The position numbers and the translations under genes were made by a program. Below, piece after piece: positions 57,501 to 64,000 of a stretch of DNA of 64,000 nucleotides. How positions within the stretch are numbered: the first letter of the stretch is position 1; every line of letters begins with the position of its first letter. The DNA lies in the NCBI GenBank assembly GCA_051313645.2, contig JBNRSN020000015.1:38192001-38256000 (forward strand). Direction: 5' to 3'. The stretch is from Centroscyllium fabricii (taxonomy: Eukaryota). The notes under the pieces are model-generated. The model worked only from the letters and a program-made list of their open reading frames with translations. It ran no database searches and was not told where the DNA came from.

Positions 57501-60500
57501 CAGAAATATTTGCTCACTGTTTGCCAACTCTCCCAGTGGAAGGACTTGGTTAATGGGAAAGGTCTTCCGCAGGAGGTAGTCCACAGACGATGAGAATCAA
57601 AAGTGTGATAAGAAATCTGTGTAGGGTTGGTTACGTGGTTGTTGAGGTTGACATTGAGGAGTCGAATCTGAATGAGTCATTTGACCAACCAGACAACTTG
57701 TACAGCACAGTTGCGATTATGATTAATTAGGATGGTTGAAAGTGGTTGCGTTGTTTTAAAGGATCTTCTTGAAGTATTAAATTGTCACACTTAGGTTGTT
57801 GATGTGATGGTTGTGATTGGCAGTGCCATCACAATGGAAAGGAATTGGAATGATATAGATTGAATCTGCACAGGTTATCATGGATCATCGACGACAGCGG
57901 AGAATGAGCCGGTGTGAGATTGATGTTATTCTCAACATCTCATTAATATTTGCAGAACCAAATCCTGTGACCAATGTAACAGTTTTGAATCGCAACACCA
58001 CTTCAGTTACTCTAAGCTGGGTCCGTCCAATCGACCACAAGCCTCGGTACAGATACAGGGTGGAGACTAGGGAAAATCCATCTTCAAATAGCACTGTTAC
58101 TAATGAATCCATTACCGTGGCTCAACTGGACCCTGGAACCAGATACACGTTCAGCGTGTTCACACTGGCGGCAGATGGTACATTAGCAGATCCGGTCACC
58201 ATCTCTCTGACTACAGGTAGGAGTGCGGCTCAATTTGTATTTTGGTTCAATGAGAGTTCCTCCATGACCAAGATTTTGAAAAACACTGGTTAGGCCTCAG
58301 CTGGAGGATTGTGTTCAGTTCTGGGTACTCCACTTTTGGAAGGATGTCGAGGGCTTGGAGAGGGTGCACTTGACCGGTACCAGGGATGAGGGACGTCTGT
58401 TGTGTGGAGAGAGTGGAAAAGCCAGGGTTGTTCTCCTTAGAACAGAGAAGGTTAAGAGGAGATTTGATAGAGGTGTTCAAAATCATGAATGGTCTTGATA
58501 GAGTAAATGAGGAGAAACACTTTCCAGTGGCAGAAGGACCGGTAACCAGAGACACAGATGTAAGGCAATTAGCAAAAGAAGCAGAGGCGACATGAGGAAA
58601 CATTTTCTACACAGTGAGTTGTTGTGATTCAGAATGCACTGCCTGAAAGGGTGGTGAAAGCAGATTCCGCGGTAACTTTGAAAAGGAAAAGTGGCGAAAT
58701 ATTTGAAGGGGAAAAAGTTGCAGGACTTTGGGGAAAAAGTGGGCGAGTTGGACTCGTTGGAAAGCTCTACCAAAGAGCCGGCACAGACACCATGGACCGT
58801 ATGTCGTCCTCCTACGATCGATGGGTAAAACTGGAGACTGTCGCTTCTGATTCAATCGTAAAGAAATGGACACCCATGAACAGAAAGAAAACATCAAGCT
58901 GAAAATTCATGTGACGGATGTAATTTGACTATCAATCTTCGAGAATTGAAATCCAAATAATGTTGGATGCCTTTTATGTTAGCAGGTGGAAAGGGTCTAA
59001 AGTCAGAAACTTAACTGGACCAGTCAAATTGGGTTGTAGGCCAAAGAAATTAGCTAAGGACTCAGTCTATCCTTTTCCATTTCAGTCGGCAACATTTGTT
59101 GATTTGACCCTGACCAGAACTTGGATGGTTTTTAAGTATTCAGTTCTATATCATGTTTTTTGTGTGTAACTTTCCTCCCAACAGTTCCTTCCAAGCCTGG
59201 AGATATTACAGTGACGAGCTTTACCAACAGTTCAATCTCTCTGAGCTTGGGGAAACCTACAGGCATGAAGGTCGCTCAATACAACTTTAGCATTATACAC
59301 AGTCATTCTAATGGCAATGGCTCATTCATTGAGCGTACAAACTCCACCACAATAACTGGCCTAGAACCTGGAACCAATTACACCATCTCTGTAACTACCG
59401 TTGTTTTTGGTGATGTGAAGAGTGAAGCTGTAGTTATAAACCAATTCACAAGTAAGTGAGACACAATTTCTGCTGTGGAACTCGATTTTAATGGACTGTG
59501 TGCATGGATGGATACAACCAATAAATGGTCTGCTCTCAAGCAATTGAGAACCCTAACTGTGGGATAGCTCTGCTGAGAGGTTATTGGAATGTGCAAGATT
59601 GGCATTGGCAGAAACCTTGGTGAACTCTGTTACTGACCGCTGTAGAGTGTATCGGTTTATTGGCAACCTTTCACACGCAAGAAGTGACTATTTTGTTTAA
59701 ATGCAACCTTGTTGAGAAAGATGATACTTTTGAAATGGGATAGACTAATGTATCTGATTTGGCAGGCTCTGGTGTCAAAATTTGATTGATGAGTGGACAT
59801 TTCTTTGACATAGGTATCCATAGGGGTAGTAGAAGAGGAGACAGGATGAGTGGACCTGATTAATTCCCAGCCTAAAGCATCTTGGTTATCAAGATAGGTT
59901 AAAAGAGCTGGGGCTCTACACTTTAGAGAAGCATAGACTTGGGGTCATCAGGTTGAGGTTTATAGGATGTTTACCAGTTGACTCTTTGTTCCAACTAATT
60001 AGGTTAGGGAGGACAGGGGGGTCACAATTTGAAGCTGTTTAAGGCCAGATCTAGGTTCGATGTGATGAGGTGCTTCTTTTGCCAGAGAATAGTGGACCTC
60101 TGGAGCAGGCTGGCCGTCTCATGCAGCAGACGCCGACTCGCTAAATTCCTTCACGTGAGAGCTCGACCTGTTTCTAGTTGGGGTGGATATCACCTCTGAC
60201 GAAAGCTAGGTATTTCATGGAATTCAGAGTCCGAGTAATCTCCTGGACTAGTTTTGTTCGCCTAGATGGGTCAGTGAGGAATTTCCCAGATTTTTTTACC
60301 CTAAATTGGTCTGGGTTTTAAAGATCACATGGTTTCAGGTGGGGTGGCAATATCGCGATTGTGTGGGACATGCTGGATGGAGCAGAGGGTCTTTACCTGT
60401 CGGTCATTGTTCATATGTTTGTATATTTGCTGTGAATTACATCAAAGTTTTAGCAAGTTATAGCTTGGTGGAGTGACCGTTTCTCACCAATGGGACATTG

Positions 60501-63142
60501 GACCCATTGGCTCCCTGATACATTTGACACAGCAGACCACAACAACAGCAACCCTCATTTATATGATGCCTTTAACGTAGGAAATTATCCCAAGGTGTTC
60601 CACAGAAGGGTTCTAAAAACAAAAATTGACACCGCTGCATATCATTGAAGAATATTGTCTGCAGTGGAACACATGGGAATATATTTCAATAAATGGCGTA
60701 GATGGAACAGATGTGACAAATGTGCAATTGTGTGGAATCAGCAGTGTTGGCATCATCAGTTGATGGGCAACTGAAATCGAGGAAAATTAAGACTGTTGCA
60801 AAAGTTGTTCAACTGAAAGACAAGGCAATGGTTTATTGGATACAAATTGCAGTAATGATGATTGACATCTATAGACAGGTAGCCTGTGATGATGTGACAA
60901 GCCAGCAGTGGCCGGCGAATGTTGCATCAAACTGGTGGATTCTGCTAGCGGCTTGGAATGAAGATGCTTGGAGGCGAGGATGCTTATAATCTCTGGGTTG
61001 ACATCAAGTTGATGTGCACACTGTGCAGTACCTTTGCCCATTACCTAGTTATGAAATCTATTTGCTTTTCTATAATTCTGTTCCTGTGTGGAGAATTGTC
61101 TCAAACCTGTTTGCAGGGTGGCAGACAAAGCAAAAGCACCTAGCACGAGTGGTGGTCAAAATTCTGTAAGATATTTTGCAGATAGAGGGGCCAGAAATAT
61201 TTGCTCACTGTTTGCCAACTCTCCCAGTGGAAGGACTTGGTTAATGGGAAAGGTCTTCCGCAGGAGGTAGTCCACAGACGATGAGAATCAAAAGTGTGAT
61301 AAGAAATCTGTGTAGGGTTGGTTACGTGGTTGTTGAGGTTGACATTGAGGAGTCGAATCTGAATGAGTCATTTGACCAACCAGACAACTTGTACAGCACA
61401 GTTGCGATTATGATTAATTAGGATGGTTGAAAGTGGTTGCGTTGTTTTAAAGGATCTTCTTGAAGTATTAAATTGTCACACTTAGGTTGTTGATGTGATG
61501 GTTGTGATTGGCAGTGCCATCACAATGGAAAGGAATTGGAATGATATAGATTGAATCTGCACAGGTTATCATGGATCATCGACGACAGCGGAGAATGAGC
61601 CGGTGTGAGATTGATGTTATTCTCAACATCTCATTAATATTTGCAGAACCAAATCCTGTGACCAATGTAACAGTTTTGAATCGCAACACCACTTCAGTTA
61701 CTCTAAGCTGGGTCCGTCCAATCGACCACAAGCCTCGGTACAGATACAGGGTGGAGACTAGGGAAAATCCATCTTCAAATAGCACTGTTACTAATGAATC
61801 CATTACCGTGGCTCAACTGGACCCTGGAACCAGATACACGTTCAGCGTGTTCACACTGGCGGCAGATGGTACATTAGCAGATCCGGTCACCATCTCTCTG
61901 ACTACAGGTAGGAGTGCGGCTCAATTTGTATTTTGGTTCAATGAGAGTTCCTCCATGACCAAGATTTTGAAAAACACTGGTTAGGCCTCAGCTGGAGGAT
62001 TGTGTTCAGTTCTGGGTACTCCACTTTTGGAAGGATGTCGAGGGCTTGGAGAGGGTGCACTTGACCGGTACCAGGGATGAGGGACGTCTGTTGTGTGGAG
62101 AGAGTGGAAAAGCCAGGGTTGTTCTCCTTAGAACAGAGAAGGTTAAGAGGAGATTTGATAGAGGTGTTCAAAATCATGAATGGTCTTGATAGAGTAAATG
62201 AGGAGAAACACTTTCCAGTGGCAGAAGGACCGGTAACCAGAGACACAGATGTAAGGCAATTAGCAAAAGAAGCAGAGGCGACATGAGGAAACATTTTCTA
62301 CACAGTGAGTTGTTGTGATTCAGAATGCACTGCCTGAAAGGGTGGTGAAAGCAGATTCCGTGGTAACTTTGAAAAGGAAAAGTGGCGAAATATTTGAAGG
62401 GGAAAAAGTTGCAGGACTTTGGGGAAAAAGTGGTCGAGTTGGACTCGTTGGAAAGCTCTACCAAAGAGCCGGCACAGACACCATGGACCGTATGTCGTCC
62501 TCCTACGATCGATGGGTAAAACTGGAGACTGTCGCTTCTGATTCAATCGTAAAGAAATGGACACCCATGAACAGAAAGAAAACATCAAGCTGAAAATTCA
62601 TGTGACGGATGTAATTTGACTATCAATCTTCGAGAATTGAAATCCAAATAATGTTGGATGCCTTTTATGTTAGCAGGTGGAAAGGGTCTAAAGTCAGAAA
62701 CTTAACTGGACCAGTCAAATTGGGTTGTAGGCCAAAGAAATTAGCTAAGGACTCAGTCTATCCTTTTCCATTTCAGTCGGCAACATTTGTTGATTTGACC
62801 CTGACCAGAACTTGGATGGTTTTTAAGTATTCAGTTCTATATCATGTTTTTTGTGTGTAACTTTCCTCCCAACAGTTCCTTCCAAGCCTGGAGATATTAC
62901 AGTGACGAGCTTTACCAACAGTTCAATCTCTCTGAGCTTGGGGAAACCTACAGGCATGAAGGTCGCTCAATACAACTTTAGCATTATACACAGTCATTCT
63001 AATGGCAATGGCTCATTCATTGAGCGTACAAACTCCACCACAATAACTGGCCTAGAACCTGGAACCAATTACACCATCTCTGTAACTACCGTTGTTTTTG
63101 GTGATGTGAAGAGTGAAGCTGTAGTTATAAACCAATTCACAA
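288..63142 (+). CDS. Internal part of a multi-exon gene encoding a giant FN3-repeat protein (35 or more FN3 domains), possibly an R3-type receptor tyrosine phosphatase-like ectodomain
   Basis: 35 exons, all AG/GT bounded and phase 1-1. They join in frame: A-to-B junction a+aa = Lys (QFT-K-PNPV), B-to-A junction g+tt = Val (LTT-V-PSKP). FN3 signatures are P..P..I.V, S(I/V).LS(W/L), Y, and GLEPGTNY/QLDPGTRY. The family assignment rests on resemblance only. Confidence 0.88.
623..628 (+). promoter_or_regulatory. Candidate intronic polyadenylation hexamer AATAAA downstream of exon A (in every unit)
   Basis: ccAATAAAtg lies about 60 nt after the TGA (560-562) reached by reading through the exon A donor. 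Confidence 0.3.
935..1530 (+). mobile_element. Decayed 5'-truncated CR1-clade LINE fragment 1 (ORF2 C-terminus plus 3' UTR); same position in every unit; boundaries approximate
   Basis: Manual translation from 966 gives IPSLKHLSYQDRLKELGLYTLEKHRL, then (frameshifted) RTGGHNLKLFKARSRFDVMRCFFCQRIVDLWSRL. These match the CR1 ORF2 tail motifs (LSYEERLKELGLFSLEKRRL; RTRGHSLKL...FF.QRVV..WN.LP). A CR1-like 3' end (ctggatgga...ggtcttt.cctg..gtcat) follows. Confidence 0.8.
1641..1745 (-). mobile_element. Probable L2-LINE/SINE-type 3' tail remnant, antisense; present in every complete unit
   Basis: The minus strand reads ...ccttgggataatttcctacgttaaaggcatcatataaatgagggttgctgttgttg. This resembles the 'gttaaaggcgctatataaatgcaagttgttgtt' 3' tail typical of L2-related elements in cartilaginous fishes (recalled similarity, not searched). 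Confidence 0.5.
2750..3010 (+). CDS. FN3 exon B, unit 1 (261 nt, phase 1-1)
   Basis: Acceptor tatttgcag ends at 2749; donor cag|gtagga at 3011; encodes PNPVTNVTV...SVTLSW...QLDPGTRYTFSV...SLTT. Confidence 0.93.
3011..3969 (+). other. Intron B-to-A (959 bp in unit 1, 968 bp elsewhere), repeated in every unit
   Basis: Begins GTAGGA; ends with a branch-like gtgtaac, a pyrimidine tract and CAG. Confidence 0.9.
3073..3600 (+). mobile_element. Decayed 5'-truncated CR1-clade LINE fragment 2; same position in every complete unit; boundaries approximate
   Basis: Translates as KTLVRPQLEDCVQFWVLHFWKDVEGLERV ... PGMRD ... GLFSLEQRRLRGDLIEVFKIMNGLDRVNEEKHFP ... NALPERVVKADS, the canonical CR1 ORF2 C-terminus with frameshifts. 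It ends in a gagccggcacagac...atggaccg.atg..tcct CR1-type 3' UTR. Confidence 0.92.
3970..4236 (+). CDS. FN3 exon A, unit 2 (variant G>R, T>S, V>I)
   Basis: Same splice sites as unit 1; ORF 3945..4244. Confidence 0.92.
6432..6692 (+). CDS. FN3 exon B, unit 2
   Basis: Same splice sites and translation as unit 1. Confidence 0.92.
7661..7927 (+). CDS. FN3 exon A, unit 3
   Basis: Same splice sites and translation as unit 1. Confidence 0.92.
10098..10358 (+). CDS. FN3 exon B, unit 3
   Basis: Same splice sites and translation as unit 1. Confidence 0.92.
11327..11593 (+). CDS. FN3 exon A, unit 4
   Basis: Same splice sites and translation as unit 1. Confidence 0.92.
13789..14049 (+). CDS. FN3 exon B, unit 4
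   Basis: Same splice sites and translation as unit 1. Confidence 0.92.
15018..15284 (+). CDS. FN3 exon A, unit 5
   Basis: Same splice sites and translation as unit 1. Confidence 0.92.
17480..17740 (+). CDS. FN3 exon B, unit 5
   Basis: Same splice sites and translation as unit 1. Confidence 0.92.
18709..18975 (+). CDS. FN3 exon A, unit 6
   Basis: Same splice sites and translation as unit 1. Confidence 0.92.
21146..21400 (+). CDS. FN3 exon B, unit 6 (255 nt; in-frame 6-nt deletion, SNSTVTNES > SNSTNES)
   Basis: ORF 21070..21477 is 135 aa versus 137 aa in other units; splice sites intact. Confidence 0.92.
22369..22635 (+). CDS. FN3 exon A, unit 7 (A>T variant)
   Basis: Same splice sites; KSETVV. 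Confidence 0.92.
24812..25072 (+). CDS. FN3 exon B, unit 7
   Basis: Same splice sites and translation as unit 1. Confidence 0.92.
26041..26307 (+). CDS. FN3 exon A, unit 8
   Basis: Same splice sites and translation as unit 1. Confidence 0.92.
28478..28738 (+). CDS. FN3 exon B, unit 8
   Basis: Same splice sites and translation as unit 1. Confidence 0.92.
29707..29973 (+). CDS. FN3 exon A, unit 9 (R>H variant)
   Basis: Same splice sites; FIEHTNST. Confidence 0.92.
32144..32404 (+). CDS. FN3 exon B, unit 9
   Basis: Same splice sites and translation as unit 1. Confidence 0.92.
33373..33639 (+). CDS. FN3 exon A, unit 10 (R>H variant)
   Basis: Same splice sites; FIEHTNST. Confidence 0.92.
35835..36095 (+). 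CDS. FN3 exon B, unit 10
   Basis: Same splice sites and translation as unit 1. Confidence 0.92.
37064..37330 (+). CDS. FN3 exon A, unit 11
   Basis: Same splice sites and translation as unit 1. Confidence 0.92.
39526..39786 (+). CDS. FN3 exon B, unit 11
   Basis: Same splice sites and translation as unit 1. Confidence 0.92.
40755..41021 (+). CDS. FN3 exon A, unit 12
   Basis: Same splice sites and translation as unit 1. Confidence 0.92.
43217..43477 (+). CDS. FN3 exon B, unit 12
   Basis: Same splice sites and translation as unit 1. Confidence 0.92.
44446..44712 (+). CDS. FN3 exon A, unit 13
   Basis: Same splice sites and translation as unit 1. Confidence 0.92.
46908..47168 (+). CDS. FN3 exon B, unit 13
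   Basis: Same splice sites and translation as unit 1. Confidence 0.92.
48137..48403 (+). CDS. FN3 exon A, unit 14
   Basis: Same splice sites and translation; one synonymous SNP (acc>act). Confidence 0.92.
50599..50859 (+). CDS. FN3 exon B, unit 14
   Basis: Same splice sites and translation; one synonymous SNP (gtg>gta). Confidence 0.92.
51828..52094 (+). CDS. FN3 exon A, unit 15
   Basis: Same splice sites and translation; one synonymous SNP (gtg>gta). Confidence 0.92.
54290..54550 (+). CDS. FN3 exon B, unit 15
   Basis: Same splice sites and translation as unit 1. Confidence 0.92.
55519..55785 (+). CDS. FN3 exon A, unit 16 (A>T variant)
   Basis: Same splice sites; KSETVV. Confidence 0.92.
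57956..58216 (+). CDS. FN3 exon B, unit 16
   Basis: Same splice sites and translation as unit 1. Confidence 0.92.
59185..59451 (+). CDS. FN3 exon A, unit 17
   Basis: Same splice sites and translation as unit 1. Confidence 0.92.
61647..61907 (+). CDS. FN3 exon B, unit 17
   Basis: Same splice sites and translation as unit 1. Confidence 0.92.
62876..63142 (+). CDS. FN3 exon A, unit 18 (last exon in window)
   Basis: Same splice sites and translation as unit 1. Confidence 0.92.
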
Positions 63143-64000
63143 GTAAGTGAGACACAATTTCTGCTGTGGAACTCGATTTTAATGGACTGTGTGCATGGAT
63201 GGATACAACCAATAAATGGTCTGCTCTCAAGCAATTGAGAACCCTAACTGTGGGATAGCTCTGCTGAGAGGTTATTGGAATGTGCAAGATTGGCATTGGC
63301 AGAAACCTTGGTGAACTCTGTTACTGACCGCTGTAGAGTGTATCGGTTTATTGGCAACCTTTCACACGCAAGAAGTGACTATTTTGTTTAAATGCAACCT
63401 TGTTGAGAAAGATGATACTTTTGAAATGGGATAGACTAATGTATCTGATTTGGCAGGCTCTGGTGTCAAAATTTGATTGATGAGTGGACATTTCTTTGAC
63501 ATAGGTATCCATAGGGGTAGTAGAAGAGGAGACAGGATGAGTGGACCTGATTAATTCCCAGCCTAAAGCATCTTGGTTATCAAGATAGGTTAAAAGAGCT
63601 GGGGCTCTACACTTTAGAGAAGCATAGACTTGGGGTCATCAGGTTGAGGTTTATAGGATGTTTACCAGTTGACTCTTTGTTCCAACTAATTAGGTTAGGG
63701 AGGACAGGGGGGTCACAATTTGAAGCTGTTTAAGGCCAGATCTAGGTTCGATGTGATGAGGTGCTTCTTTTGCCAGAGAATAGTGGACCTCTGGAGCAGG
63801 CTGGCCGTCTCATGCAGCAGACGCCGACTCGCTAAATTCCTTCACGTGAGAGCTCGACCTGTTTCTAGTTGGGGTGGATATCACCTCTGACGAAAGCTAG
63901 GTATTTCATGGAATTCAGAGTCCGAGTAATCTCCTGGACTAGTTTTGTTCGCCTAGATGGGTCAGTGAGGAATTTCCCAGATTTTTTTACCCTAAATTGG

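Larger units (their letters stand above)
1..64000 (+). repeat. Tandem macro-repeat (intragenic segmental array), ~3.69-kb unit, 17 full copies plus a partial 18th; open at both window ends
   Basis: The motif gctgaaaattcatgtgacgg and the whole ORF set recur with periods 3682, 3691, 3666, 3691, 3691, 3660, 3672, 3666, 3666, 3691 (x6), 3666, 3691. Unit 18 starts at 62589. The length differences are fully explained by 9-, 25-, 19- and 6-bp deletions. Confidence 0.99.

Noticed and set aside
288-63142. Assigning a specific gene symbol (PTPRJ, PTPRH, PTPRB, TNXB, FN1)
   Set aside because: Only generic FN3 repeats are visible. No diagnostic catalytic, EGF, fibrinogen or transmembrane exon lies in the window.
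288-63142. Dscam/protocadherin-style mutually exclusive exon diversity system
   Set aside because: The copies are nearly identical and alternate strictly A-B, so exon choice would yield length variation but almost no sequence diversity.
1-64000. CRISPR-like or prokaryotic repeat system
   Set aside because: There are no short repeats with unique spacers and no operon-like ORFs. Spliceosomal introns and CR1 LINEs indicate vertebrate DNA.

Overview
The whole 64-kb window is a head-to-tail tandem array of a ~3.69-kb unit: 17 complete copies of 3660-3691 bp plus a partial 18th, near-identical apart from scattered SNPs and a few small indels. It is vertebrate DNA; the LINE content suggests a cartilaginous fish, which is an inference. 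Each unit carries two + strand, GT-AG-bounded, phase 1-1 exons that each encode one fibronectin type III (FN3) domain: exon A (267 nt, 89 aa) and exon B (261 nt, 87 aa). Splicing all 35 exons in order gives one uninterrupted 9237-nt frame (3079 codons) encoding at least 35 alternating A/B FN3 domains. The product is Cys-free, about 28% Ser/Thr, and has 9 N-glycosylation sequons per 176 aa. No start, signal peptide, transmembrane or catalytic exon lies in the window, so this is the interior of a giant extracellular or ectodomain gene, most reminiscent of R3-type receptor tyrosine phosphatase (PTPRJ/PTPRH/PTPRB-like) ectodomains. The introns hold two decayed CR1 LINE 3' fragments and a probable L2/SINE-type tail, all amplified with the unit. 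Shared SNPs and deletions record recent unequal crossing-over, a two-unit higher-order duplication and conversion-like mosaicism. Most other ORFs in the six-frame track are intronic or antisense noise.
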